Positions 50,657 through 60,358 of a stretch of DNA of 60,358 nt are shown piece by piece. Made by a program: the position numbers and the translations under genes. The notes under the pieces were generated by a model, which was not told the DNA's origin, made no database searches, and worked only from the letters and a program-made list of their open reading frames with translations. The DNA is from Porphyromonas sp. (lineage in GTDB: Bacteria > Bacteroidota > Bacteroidia > Bacteroidales > Porphyromonadaceae). Positions within the stretch are counted from its first letter, which is position 1; every line of letters begins with the position of its first letter. The stretch lies in the NCBI GenBank assembly GCA_030529525.1, contig JAUMWS010000001.1:1-60358 (forward strand). Direction: 5' to 3'.

Positions 50657-51571
50657 TTAAGAGTTCTCTGTCTTACAATATCCCATTCTTGACAAAAACT
50701 GTCGGATGCGAGAGTAAGTAACCGGAGTACAAGGGACTAAAGGCAAACGAAGTACATTTTCCACAAGATCCATACAGTGTAAAGTACTCTTTATCCCAGT
50801 GGGATTCCCCTCCACAAATAGAAGTTCATAAAGCTCTACCAAAGAGCGTTGCACATGAGCTGCTTCGGCAAATTTACCCTGTTTACAAAGAGAGACTAAG
50901 CGTCCGAACTCTTTAGGCAAAGCATTACCAATAACAGATATTACACCGTCTGCCCCCATAGAGATATAGCTTAGAGTCGAACTATCATCTCCACTGAATA
51001 ACATAAAGTTTGATGGCCGCTGTTTAAGTATACGCTCTATCTGAGTAATGGAACCGGATGCCTCTTTTATCCCAATAATCTTTTTCGGAAATGCATGAGC
51101 AAGTCTCAAAACTGTTTCGACCTGCATATCCACTCCCGTACGTCCGGGTATATTGTATAGAAGAACAGGCTTAGGAGATGCTTGTGCAACTTCCGAAAAA
51201 TGCGCATACAATCCTTCTTGAGAGGGTTTGTTATAGTAAGGAGCCACGGAGAGTATTGCAGAGACTCCATCCAATGGGAAGCGTTGTATTTTCTTACAAA
51301 GCTCTCCGGTGGCGTTTCCTCCTAAACCTACAACGATAGGGACTCGTCCATTCACGATCTTTTGGACAAAGGCAACGATCTCAACCTGCTCTTTTTCCGT
51401 AAGAGTAGGCGTTTCAGCCGTCGTCCCTAAGACAACAAGGAAATCTACCCCTCCTGCAATTTGAAACTCTATCAACTTTTCAAGAGATATATAGTCCACC
51501 TCATAATCGGAGGTGAACGGGGTAACAAGTGCTACGCCAAAACTACCCAAAGTGTTCGTCTTGCAGGTCAT
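50657..51571 (-). CDS. dapA: 4-hydroxy-tetrahydrodipicolinate synthase
   Basis: ALVTPF, GTTAE, PYYNKP, YNIPGRTG, IKEASG, SGDD. Confidence 0.96.
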   Translation of the reverse strand: MTCKTNTLGSFGVALVTPFTSDYEVDYISLEKLIEFQIAGGVDFLVVLGTTAETPTLTEKEQVEIVAFVQKIVNGRVPIVVGLGGNATGELCKKIQRFPLDGVSAILSVAPYYNKPSQEGLYAHFSEVAQASPKPVLLYNIPGRTGVDMQVETVLRLAHAFPKKIIGIKEASGSITQIERILKQRPSNFMLFSGDDSSTLSYISMGADGVISVIGNALPKEFGRLVSLCKQGKFAEAAHVQRSLVELYELLFVEGNPTGIKSTLHCMDLVENVLRLPLVPCTPVTYSRIRQFLSRMGYCKTENS

Positions 51572-51623
51572 AGTAGAAAGGCCCCTATGTAATTTATATG
51601 ATGATCAAATAATATGATATGAG

Positions 51624-52007
51624 TTATGCTTTAACAACAATCACCTCAATTTCAACAAGTCCATTCTTGGGAAGTGTCTTTACGGCTACAGCAGAACGTG
51701 CAGGGTATGGTGCTTGAAAATATTTGCCGTACACCTCATTCATCTCTGCAAAGTAAGCCATATCTGCAAGAAATACAGTTGTCTTAACCACATCGGCAAA
51801 AGTACAACCCACTTCTGTTAGAAGAGCTTGGATATTCTTGAATATCTGTTCACACTGTGCAGTAACATCTGTATCAGAAACAAATGTTCCCGTTGAAGGA
51901 TCAAGTCCGAGTTGTCCTGAAAAATAGAATGTTTGACCTGCCTGAATTCCTTGGCTATAAGGACCAATTGCTGCAGGAGCATTGGTTGTGTTAATTACTT
52001 TTTTCAT
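51624..52007 (-). CDS. ridA: RidA/YjgF enamine deaminase
   Basis: APAAIGPYSQ, SGQ, PARSAV, VEIE. Confidence 0.93.
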   Translation of the reverse strand: MKKVINTTNAPAAIGPYSQGIQAGQTFYFSGQLGLDPSTGTFVSDTDVTAQCEQIFKNIQALLTEVGCTFADVVKTTVFLADMAYFAEMNEVYGKYFQAPYPARSAVAVKTLPKNGLVEIEVIVVKA

Positions 52008-52050
52008 CTTACTAAATGTTTAAGTATTAGGTTACATTATAAGTCTTCTG

Positions 52051-52794
52051 TTATTTGCTTCTCTGTCTTACGGCTTCATACATAACGATACCTCCCGCAA
52101 CGGAGACATTAAGAGAACCGATATCCCCTAATAGAGGAATAGAGACAAGTTCGTCTGCAAGTTCCATTGTCAAAGGAGAAAGCCCGGTGTCTTCTGCCCC
52201 CAAAACAATCGCAAGAGGTCCTTTATAGTCTCCCTTAGTATAAGACAGATTGCTCTTTTCTGTGGCTCCTACGATGCGCACACCACTGTCTTTGAGGTAG
52301 TGGAGAATATCTCCAATGGTACGTTCCCTGCAAACAGCTATACGGCTGAGTGCCCCTGCAGATGTTTTGATGGCATCTCCATTTACAGAGACCGCATTCT
52401 GTTCAGCTATAACTATTGCATCCACGGCAGCACACTCACAAGTACGAGCAATAGCTCCAAAGTTCCGAACATCCGTAACACCATCCAAAACCACAATAAA
52501 GGGATCCAGCCCCTCTTCGTACAAAACGGGTACCACCTCATGGAGACGATAATAGGTTGTAGCAGCCTTGAATGCGATGACTCCTTGGTGATTTTTACGA
52601 GTAAGGCGATCAAGTTTCTCCACCGGAACCTTTCGGATAGGAATGCTACGCTCCCCCACTGCCGCGAGAAGTGTCTGCATCAAATCGCTTCTACTCTCTC
52701 TACGTACAAATATCTTATCCAGTTCCTGCCCTGCTTCAAGAGCCTCGATCACGGCACGAAGCCCAAATATCATTTCACTATCTTTTGTTGCCAT
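52051..52794 (-). CDS. rlmB: 23S rRNA G2251 2'-O-methyltransferase
   Basis: NHQGV, LDGVTDVRNFGAIART, GAEDTG, SLNVSVA. Confidence 0.93.
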   Translation of the reverse strand: MATKDSEMIFGLRAVIEALEAGQELDKIFVRRESRSDLMQTLLAAVGERSIPIRKVPVEKLDRLTRKNHQGVIAFKAATTYYRLHEVVPVLYEEGLDPFIVVLDGVTDVRNFGAIARTCECAAVDAIVIAEQNAVSVNGDAIKTSAGALSRIAVCRERTIGDILHYLKDSGVRIVGATEKSNLSYTKGDYKGPLAIVLGAEDTGLSPLTMELADELVSIPLLGDIGSLNVSVAGGIVMYEAVRQRSK

Positions 52795-52805
52795 ACGCAC
52801 ATACT

Positions 52806-54485
52806 TTATTGTTTATACTGCTTAAGGAGGACTTGAGCATTATGAATAGCCTCCTCTGTAAGAACGCTTCCGCTCAGCATTGATGCTATCTCCTTTACTC
52901 TCTCTTCCGGCATAAGCCTTTCTATATAGGTGTTATACTCCCCTCCGTCATCCTCTCTTTTATAGACCCGAAGTTGTTCCTGTGCCAATGCGGCGATTTG
53001 AGGCAAGTGAGTGATGGTAATAACCTGTACACGTTGTCCCAGTTCCCTCATCATCAAACCCATTCTTTCTGCAATCTGCCCGCTGACTCCCGTATCTATT
53101 TCATCGAAAATTATCGTAGGGAGAGTGGAGTGCATCGCAATTATGGCTTTTAGAGCAAGCATAAACCGGGAAATCTCTCCTCCTGAAGCGATCTCATTGA
53201 TAGGGCGAAGCTCCGATCGGTTATTGGCAGAAAACAGAAATCTCACCTGATCCATTCCATTTTCCGTAAGCATTGTCTCATCTAAAGAGACCTCTATACG
53301 GAAAAGAGCACCGGCGACACCGAGTTGCTTCAGCTCCTTTTCGAGTGGATCGGAAAGCGCTTTAGCAGCCTCTATTCTATACCGATGAAGTTCTTTTGCA
53401 GCCGTGAGGACATCGGCATAAGCCGTATTCACTGCCACTTCTAACTCTTCCAACTCGGACGAGCCGTTCTCTATCGCTTTAAGAGACGTCTCATAACTCT
53501 GTTGTAGCTCAAGCAACTCCGCAGTGTTCTCCTTTTTATGCTTGTGCAAGAGTGTCTGTATAAGATCCATACGCAGGGTCAGCTCCTCTATCTGAGCCGG
53601 ATTAGCTCCAAAAGAGTCTATCCTTTGACCGCACTCCCGTGCCAACTCCCGCAGTTCAATCTTCACACTCTCCAGCCTGCCTGCATACTCTTCTGCTTCC
53701 GACCAGTACGACTCCACACTTTGCATCGCCTTTACTGCCTCCTCTACCTGAAAGAGAACAGATGGAACATTTTCTGCTTCCGTAAAAGCAACAACCTTGG
53801 CTACTGCCTCCGTGATCTCTTGGGAGTGTTGAGCCTGCGATAGGATTGCCTGAATATCTTCCTCCTCCAAAGGCTTAAGATGAGCCTCAGCGAGCTGTTT
53901 ATACTGATACTCTATATACTCACGCTCACTGCTTTGTCGTTGTAGCTCCTCCTCTCTTTTTTGAAGAGCCTTTCTGAGAGATTTATATCGCTGTAGCCTC
54001 TCCCTGTACCCGGCAAGCCTATCCTTGTTTTGTCCTACAACATCAAGCATGGCTATCTGAAAGGAAGACTCTCCTATAAGCATATTATTATGCTGAGAGT
54101 GTATATCCACCAAACGCTCTCCCAGAGTTCGCATCTGTTGAGCCGTTACCGGGGTATCGTTGATGAATGCTCGACTTTTGCCCGAAGCCAAAATCTCTCT
54201 ACGCAAAGTACAAGTATTGTCTTCGGCATCCAAGTCTTCTCTATTCAGTATCTCTTTAACATCGGACAGAGAAGATATATCGAATGTTGCTTCGACCACA
54301 CTCTTCGTTTCTCCTTCTCGAATAGTCTTAATATCTGCTCTTCCACCAAGGATTAGTGCGATAGCACCCAGGAGAACGGATTTTCCGGCCCCGGTTTCCC
54401 CCGTAATAGAGGTCATACCGGAAGCAAAATCAATCCTTGTTTCCTTGATAAGAATAAAGTTTTTAATGTAGAGAGATGTTATCAT
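52806..54485 (-). CDS. recN: DNA repair protein RecN
   Basis: TGETGAGKS, SGGEISR, FDEIDTGVSG, THLPQIAA. Confidence 0.98.
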   Translation of the reverse strand: MITSLYIKNFILIKETRIDFASGMTSITGETGAGKSVLLGAIALILGGRADIKTIREGETKSVVEATFDISSLSDVKEILNREDLDAEDNTCTLRREILASGKSRAFINDTPVTAQQMRTLGERLVDIHSQHNNMLIGESSFQIAMLDVVGQNKDRLAGYRERLQRYKSLRKALQKREEELQRQSSEREYIEYQYKQLAEAHLKPLEEEDIQAILSQAQHSQEITEAVAKVVAFTEAENVPSVLFQVEEAVKAMQSVESYWSEAEEYAGRLESVKIELRELARECGQRIDSFGANPAQIEELTLRMDLIQTLLHKHKKENTAELLELQQSYETSLKAIENGSSELEELEVAVNTAYADVLTAAKELHRYRIEAAKALSDPLEKELKQLGVAGALFRIEVSLDETMLTENGMDQVRFLFSANNRSELRPINEIASGGEISRFMLALKAIIAMHSTLPTIIFDEIDTGVSGQIAERMGLMMRELGQRVQVITITHLPQIAALAQEQLRVYKREDDGGEYNTYIERLMPEERVKEIASMLSGSVLTEEAIHNAQVLLKQYKQ

Positions 54486-54491
54486 ACCTGT

Positions 54492-55343
54492 CTACAAATG
54501 TAGCGTTTTTGTCGGGAACAATCTCTTTATGGAAGCCACAACTTTAGGGTCTTTTCCTGCAAGGCGGACTATTTCATCCACCTTGGCATCCTCCCATATC
54601 CAAAGCCACGAGCCCCTTTCTGTAGAAGCTTCCAATGCCTCCAAGCTCCGCTTTATCTCCTCTTTCGCCTGCTCCGGATCGTCTACAAACCTATCCAATC
54701 CCTTGCGATGATAGAGATACCAAGGGATAAGAAGCTGTTCGGAAAGTTCTGTTGCCAATGCAAATCTGTTCTTAGAGAGAATTTGTACCTCCCATCCATT
54801 CCAATCGCTATGAGAAGAAGCATATTTTGCAATTGCGGCTGCTCTCTGTAGATGAGCGACTCCCCCCTTCTCCTCAAAACCGGAAAGCCACAATCCCAAT
54901 GCCATCTCCTTGTAAAAAGAGAGCAGCGCTTCAAGCTGGGATGTTGGTTCCTGTCCATAGGCAATAAGTGTTCGAGAAGGCTGATAATCGAAAAGAACAT
55001 CTTTGTCGTACCACTTAAAGAGGGTGGTATATGCAGAAGAATGATAGACCGGGCGTCTCACTTCCAAGGTAATATCGGCAGTAAATCGAGAAGAGCTCAC
55101 TTGTCGAGGATAGATAGTAAGTACTGCCATTGGAATCGGCACCTCTATCTTCTGCTCCTCTCTATTGAGATAATTCAGACTCTCCCTCTCCAAGCTACTC
55201 ACCGCCTGTTTTTGATGAGCAGGCAGAGCCGAAGCATCCACACGCACAGAAAAGAATTGTGCCTGAGATTGGGCGCTTACCTCTTTTACGACAAAAGAGA
55301 AAAGCAGAAAGAAAAAGAGCAAAAGTCTGAACGCTGTCATCAA
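54492..55343 (-). CDS. DUF4835-like periplasmic protein (divergent)
   Basis: Signal peptide; RPVYHS...TT, YHRKGLD, DAKVDEIV; coaBC-X-recN synteny. Confidence 0.7.
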   Translation of the reverse strand: MMTAFRLLLFFFLLFSFVVKEVSAQSQAQFFSVRVDASALPAHQKQAVSSLERESLNYLNREEQKIEVPIPMAVLTIYPRQVSSSRFTADITLEVRRPVYHSSAYTTLFKWYDKDVLFDYQPSRTLIAYGQEPTSQLEALLSFYKEMALGLWLSGFEEKGGVAHLQRAAAIAKYASSHSDWNGWEVQILSKNRFALATELSEQLLIPWYLYHRKGLDRFVDDPEQAKEEIKRSLEALEASTERGSWLWIWEDAKVDEIVRLAGKDPKVVASIKRLFPTKTLHL

Positions 55344-56533
55344 AACAAGATTCGTACTATTTCTTTCGCCACATCGGATTTAGACATAAGAGGAAGATCG
55401 TGTCTCTTTCCGTCTGCTTCTATTACGGATACTTTGTTGGTGTCTACCCCGAATCCTGCTCCCTCATTAGCCATGGAGTTGAGGATGATGGCATCAAGAT
55501 TTTTACGCTTCATCTTATCTAGAGCATACGATGTTCCCTCTTCCGTTTCCAGAGCAAACCCGATCAGCTTTTGATGCGGCTGCTTTGTGGCTCCTACTCC
55601 TGCCGCAATATCCGGATTGGCAATAAGCTCCAAGTTCCAGATCTCTTTCTTCTCTCTTTTGACCTTATCCCCTTCAGGAGACGCCACTCTGTAGTCTGCA
55701 ACCGCAGCACAAAATATGGCCGCATCGGTTTCCGAGTCAAAATTGGAACGCACCTCAGCCTCCATCTCCAGAGCGGAAGTTACCTTTATCAGTTTAGCTA
55801 CCTCTGCTTCGGATGGCATCACGGTCGCAGGTCCGGTTACGAATATCACCTCTGCTCCAAGACGATGAAGAGCTTGAGCAAGAGCCGTTCCCATCTTTCC
55901 GCTGGAATAGTTACCGATAAAGCGCACGGGGTCTATCTTTTCGTGAGTAGGACCGGATGTAATGAGGATTTTCTTGCCGGAGAGTCTTTTCTTTTCGGAA
56001 AGATCTTCCGACACTTGGCGGAAAATCTCTTCCGGCTCTTCCATCCGCCCCTTTCCTATGAGTTTGGAAGCAAGAAAGCCCTCTTGAGGAGAGATAATAA
56101 CGCATCCTCGCTCTTGAAGTCTGCGGAGGTTTTCCTGAGTGGTGGGATGGGCGAACATATCCAAGTCCATTGCCGGAGCGATATAAACCTTAGCTCTTGT
56201 AGAGAGATAGGAGGTGATAAGCATGTTGTCTGCCACTCCGTAAGAGCATTTGGCAATAGTGGAAGCGGATGCAGGTGCTATGATAAAAGCATCTGCCCAC
56301 AAGCCAAGGTCTACGTGGCTATGCCACTGACCGTCCGCCTTGTCGAAAAACTCGGATATAACCGGTGCTTGAGATAGCGTAGCTAGCGTAAGAGGAGAGA
56401 TAAACTCCTTGGCTGCAGGCGTCATGATTACCCGCACTTCCGCTCCGGCTTTTACAAAGAGCCTTACAAGAGAAGCCGCTTTGTAGGCGGCAATGCTTCC
56501 GGTTATGCCTATGACAATGTGTTTTCCCTCCAT
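55340..56533 (-). CDS. coaBC: Phosphopantothenoylcysteine decarboxylase/ligase
   Basis: GSIAAYKA, APAM, IDPVRFIGNYSSGKMG, AAVADY, GFALET. Confidence 0.98.
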   Translation of the reverse strand: MEGKHIVIGITGSIAAYKAASLVRLFVKAGAEVRVIMTPAAKEFISPLTLATLSQAPVISEFFDKADGQWHSHVDLGLWADAFIIAPASASTIAKCSYGVADNMLITSYLSTRAKVYIAPAMDLDMFAHPTTQENLRRLQERGCVIISPQEGFLASKLIGKGRMEEPEEIFRQVSEDLSEKKRLSGKKILITSGPTHEKIDPVRFIGNYSSGKMGTALAQALHRLGAEVIFVTGPATVMPSEAEVAKLIKVTSALEMEAEVRSNFDSETDAAIFCAAVADYRVASPEGDKVKREKKEIWNLELIANPDIAAGVGATKQPHQKLIGFALETEEGTSYALDKMKRKNLDAIILNSMANEGAGFGVDTNKVSVIEADGKRHDLPLMSKSDVAKEIVRILF

Positions 56534-56539
56534 GCTGTT

Positions 56540-57316
56540 CTATTTCTCTTTAGGTGCGTGTATCTCTGCATACACTTTCATAAACTCCAACTTGGTATTG
56601 CGTGGAAAGTCCGAAGAGAGAATCCAGTCGTAATAGCTCGGATCTCTTCTTAGCACCTCTGCGACGGGCTGATTGCGATATTTGCCAAAAGCGATAATTT
56701 TCTCATCCTTATCGTTCCACTGCAAGCGTCCTGCATAGTCCACCACACGGCGTTGTTTGGTGTACTCATCAAGAAAATCCACATCTCCTTGCAGATCATC
56801 ATATCTTTCAAGCTGTCCCAAAAGCACCTCGTATGTTGCCATAGTATCCGCTTCGGCAGAGTGTGCATCCGTCAGTTCCTTGTTGCAATAAAACTCGTAT
56901 GCCGCAGCAAGGGTGCGCTGTTCTTTCTTATGGAATATCACCTGTACATCTATCACCTTCCTGTCCGAAAAGTCTACAGGAACCTCTGCTCGAAGAAACT
57001 CTTCCACCAGCATGGGCATATCGAATCTGTTGCAGTTGTATCCACCGAAGTCACAGTTCTCCAAGATGCGAGCCAGATCCTTAGAAATTGCTTTGAAGGG
57101 GGGCTGATCTTTGACATCTTCGTCCGATATACCATGCACCGCAGTAGCTTCTGCAGGAATGGGTATTTCGGGGTTAATCCGTCGGGTCTTTGTTTCTGTA
57201 TCTCCGTTGGGATAGACTTTAAGCAGGGAGATCTCAACGATTCGATCTTTTGTAATATCCGTACCTGTAGTTTCAAGATCGAAAAAAACTATCGGTCTTT
57301 GCAGTTGGAGTTTCAT
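56540..57316 (-). CDS. dnaQ: DEDDh 3'-5' exonuclease (Pol III epsilon-like)
   Basis: FFDLETTG, YN..RFD, AHSAEAD; adjacent to dnaN. Confidence 0.88.
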   Translation of the reverse strand: MKLQLQRPIVFFDLETTGTDITKDRIVEISLLKVYPNGDTETKTRRINPEIPIPAEATAVHGISDEDVKDQPPFKAISKDLARILENCDFGGYNCNRFDMPMLVEEFLRAEVPVDFSDRKVIDVQVIFHKKEQRTLAAAYEFYCNKELTDAHSAEADTMATYEVLLGQLERYDDLQGDVDFLDEYTKQRRVVDYAGRLQWNDKDEKIIAFGKYRNQPVAEVLRRDPSYYDWILSSDFPRNTKLEFMKVYAEIHAPKEK

Positions 57317-57341
57317 TGATTATCCTGTATATACATCAAAA

Positions 57342-57386
57342 AAAGCAGACACGGAAAGCTTATAGAAAGCGTTCCGCATCTGCTTT
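57342..57386 (-). terminator. Terminator between dnaN and dnaQ
   Basis: aaagcagacacggaa...ttccgcatctgcttt with a U-tract on the minus strand. Confidence 0.6.
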
Positions 57387-57401
57387 CTATTGTTCTATCT
57401 T

Positions 57402-58532
57402 TTACCTCATCAGAGGCATTACCATAGCTTTCAGCTCTACATTTTCGGGAAGAGATGCAGGCATCACCAGCCCCGGAGCCGTCTTGTCTCCAAGTTTGAA
57501 CTGAAGCGTATCCGAAAGATCGAATGTAGAGAATATGTCAAGAAGGTGATTGATCTTGAAGCTGATAATCATCTCTTCTCCCGCATAGGAAACATCCATA
57601 TACTCATCGGCAGAAGTAGAGTAGTCTATATCCCTACAACACATCCGGAGTGCATTCGGCTTAAGATCGAGCTCTACCATTCCCAATGTCTTGTCCGAGA
57701 ACATCGAAACGCGTCTGAGGGCAGCCACGGTCTTCTGACGATCTACTTCCAAAAGATTTGCCTGCTCCTTCGGGAAGACACTGCGATAGTTGGGATACTT
57801 TCCGGCAATCAGACTGCAACGCAAAGTAAATTCATCACAACTCATAATCGTATGTTTGTCCCCCACATGAATGTTGATAAGACTTTCCGGATCCAGCTTT
57901 TGCAACAGCAGACGAATAAGCAATGACGGCTTTCGAGAAAGAATAAACTCTACCGGAGCAGCCACTTTTACCTCTTTATTGGAATACAGGGCAAGCAAAA
58001 AACCGTCCGTACCGACGAAAGAGAGGCTGTCTTCTCTCGCATCCACACAGATACCGGTGGTGATCGGACGAGCTTTGTCTTGGCTTGTAGCAAATAACGT
58101 ATAAGCTATACCCTCATCCAATACTTTTGCCGGTATGGTATAGCTCGGAGCATCCTCTCTCAGAGGATCCATTACAGGATATTGGTCTGCCGCTTCGGCT
58201 CTGTAAACGAACTGCCCGTTAAGGTAAGAGACTACCGTATTAAGGTCGGCTTCGTTTATCTCGAACGTAATACTCTGTTCCGGTATCTCTCTTAGCGGTT
58301 CCAGCAAGAATGCACTCTTGACGGCAAACGAAAGGTCCGGCCCCTCTTGTTCGTCCAGTTCCATCCATGTTTCGAGTCTGTTTTCCCCATCGGAGGAGGC
58401 AAGAAAGAGTTTTCCGCCACGCACTTCAAACAGAACACTCTCTAAGATTGGAACACTATTCCTTGTCGTAATCAAGCGACTGAGTATCTGAAGCTGTGCA
58501 TGAAGCTTCGTATTTAAGACCTTAAATTTCAT
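57402..58532 (-). CDS. dnaN: DNA polymerase III beta clamp
   Basis: PILESVLF, RPITTG, GTDG, GKYPNY, C-terminal VMPLM; 376 aa. Confidence 0.95.
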   Translation of the reverse strand: MKFKVLNTKLHAQLQILSRLITTRNSVPILESVLFEVRGGKLFLASSDGENRLETWMELDEQEGPDLSFAVKSAFLLEPLREIPEQSITFEINEADLNTVVSYLNGQFVYRAEAADQYPVMDPLREDAPSYTIPAKVLDEGIAYTLFATSQDKARPITTGICVDAREDSLSFVGTDGFLLALYSNKEVKVAAPVEFILSRKPSLLIRLLLQKLDPESLINIHVGDKHTIMSCDEFTLRCSLIAGKYPNYRSVFPKEQANLLEVDRQKTVAALRRVSMFSDKTLGMVELDLKPNALRMCCRDIDYSTSADEYMDVSYAGEEMIISFKINHLLDIFSTFDLSDTLQFKLGDKTAPGLVMPASLPENVELKAMVMPLMR

Positions 58533-58965
58533 ATATGTAGATATTTAGTTTAATCTTTCACAACTATTTTCCTGTCTGTTTTTCAGGAGTTTTTTCATAG
58601 AGATCTTTTGAATATTTCCCGCTGTTTACCCCTCCAAAACAAGGAGATAGCGAGCAAAAACGAATGGTGCAGAGCACACTTTTTCGCACAAATATCTCAA
58701 AGAACAAATATACATAAATTGGTCGGATAGGCAATGAAAAATTCGGCACAGCACTCTCCGAAACAAGGGAGGGAAATAATGTTCGGATCTCCCCGCTTCC
58801 GCCAAAAACTTTCAGATGAATACACACCCCGAACTAAGCTTTAAGCGTAGCAAGAAACGGTATATGAGCAAGGGGTTACACTGCTTTTCTTTTAGGTGGT
58901 ATTGGTAGAAGATATTGGTGTCCGATGAGTGTTTTTTCGTTTTTAAATTGTATCAGCAGATTATC

Positions 58966-60228
58966 CTATCTCAGGATGCTATCCAACTCCCAAGCTGAAA
59001 CGTGTTCTATTCCTTCATTAGTTGGAATCTTATAATCTTCCATGCTTACCACATATTTTGAGAAGTTGTCATCAATGAACTTTAATGACCGGTACTCTCG
59101 TTCTATTGTCTCTTTTTCTGAAAGTTGAAAGGATACTTGCAGATATAATCTTTCATCGCCCTTTATAGCGACAAAATCCACTTCTGTATCCTTAATCGTC
59201 CCAACATACACTTGATATCCGGCACGCCTCAGACTCAAGTAAACGGCATTCTCCAAGAGATAGCCCATACCGTATCCATACCCCGAATAAAGATAGTTGT
59301 GATAGCACAAATCATTCGGGTAATACTTGCAGTTACCTGAGATGGTGTCTTTCCCCTTGATGTTGTACCGTTCCACTCGATGGATTAGAAACGAATTTTC
59401 CAAATATGAGATATAAGAAGATAAGGTTTCGTAGTTGGTTTTCCGTTTTTTGGACTTGAAGAAATTAATGATATTGGTAATAGAAATAATGTTTTCCGCA
59501 TTGTTTACCAAATAGACGAAAAGGTCATCCAATAGTTTCACATCTTTTACCCTGTACCTCGCTACAATATCTCGAAGCATTACCGTATCCTTGATGGATG
59601 ATACATAGTTTTGTTTCATTTCATCACTTGGAAGATTGAAGAGTTCAGGCAGAGCGCCCGATTGGAGGTATCTTATATAACTCTCTCTGTTTACTTCTTG
59701 ATTGGAGATTCCACAGTACTCTGCATAACTAAAAGGAAATACCTCAAACTCTACATACCTTCCGGATAGAAGCGTAGCAAGTTCGCCGGATAGTAAATTG
59801 GAGTTAGAGCCACTGATAAACAACTCGCATGGCTCTGCGAAGTCCTGTGAATGAGAGTTTACAAAGCGCTCCCATCCTTCAATGTATTGGATCTCATCAA
59901 TGAAAAGGTATACTTTACCGTGTGGCTTTAGGCTATTCCGATAGATTTGATACAAGTCTTCAAGGTCTTGATAGGAACAAATTGTTGATAACTCTAAATA
60001 CTCTTTGTTGATGTAGAGAATATTGTTTGGATGGATGCCGTCAGAAATGAGCTTGGAAGCTATTTGACGTAAAATATAACTTTTACCCGAACGGCGCTGT
60101 CCCACCAATACTTTCACAAGCTTATTGCCGATGTATTGCCCTATCTTGTCGGTATAAGATGTGCGTAAGAACCCCGGAGCTACCTGATGACCTTCCCAGA
60201 AGTTGTATTTTCTTATCGAATCAATCAT
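58966..60228 (-). CDS. AAA_14 ATPase with DUF4143 domain
   Basis: GQRRSGKS, FIDEIQ, SGSN, GRY..FEVFPFS, LENAVY, EVDF. Confidence 0.9.
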   Translation of the reverse strand: MIDSIRKYNFWEGHQVAPGFLRTSYTDKIGQYIGNKLVKVLVGQRRSGKSYILRQIASKLISDGIHPNNILYINKEYLELSTICSYQDLEDLYQIYRNSLKPHGKVYLFIDEIQYIEGWERFVNSHSQDFAEPCELFISGSNSNLLSGELATLLSGRYVEFEVFPFSYAEYCGISNQEVNRESYIRYLQSGALPELFNLPSDEMKQNYVSSIKDTVMLRDIVARYRVKDVKLLDDLFVYLVNNAENIISITNIINFFKSKKRKTNYETLSSYISYLENSFLIHRVERYNIKGKDTISGNCKYYPNDLCYHNYLYSGYGYGMGYLLENAVYLSLRRAGYQVYVGTIKDTEVDFVAIKGDERLYLQVSFQLSEKETIEREYRSLKFIDDNFSKYVVSMEDYKIPTNEGIEHVSAWELDSILR

Positions 60229-60358
60229 TCCAAGTCTATTTGAATATTTTCCTCAAATGTAATTATTTTCAATCACATTTGAAAGTTTTGTTTGTTTTCC
60301 GAATTACAATCTATCGAACTTACTCTTTTCGTCTGCTTCAATACCATTATCGGAGTCT

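Noticed and set aside
58533-58965. Replication origin upstream of dnaN, and the 87-aa ORF 58564-58827
   Set aside because: No TTATCCACA-type DnaA boxes seen, no dnaA gene here, and the ORF lacks protein-like features.

Overview
This is about 60 kb of a Bacteroidota chromosome, most like Porphyromonas: TAnnTTTG -7 promoters, T9SS-type and lipoprotein genes, and coaBC-DUF4835-recN synteny. It is mostly core genes: pta-ackA, dgt, cobB, manC, sufS, ispG, a full biotin cluster (bioB-A-F-G-C-D), a POT transporter, pnp, gpmA, tyrS, greA, rnpA, yidD, ybeY, dnaX, dapA, recN, coaBC, dnaQ and dnaN. I found no rRNA, tRNA, CRISPR array or transposase. The most interesting signals lie outside the standard genes. 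(1) A 127-aa leader ORF upstream of bioB is translated through an intrinsic terminator, a candidate leader-peptide attenuator for biotin synthesis. (2) Four diverged ~202-bp intergenic elements share identical internal spacing: a dyad-symmetric core of four 17-bp palindromes at 21-bp period, with three 8-bp boxes at 22-bp period on each side. (3) Two diverged ~590-bp non-coding elements in inverted orientation bracket the sufS-to-DUF4831 block and carry related AACnnGTT boxes with a compensatory change. All calls come from reading the sequence and ORF track; no searches were run.
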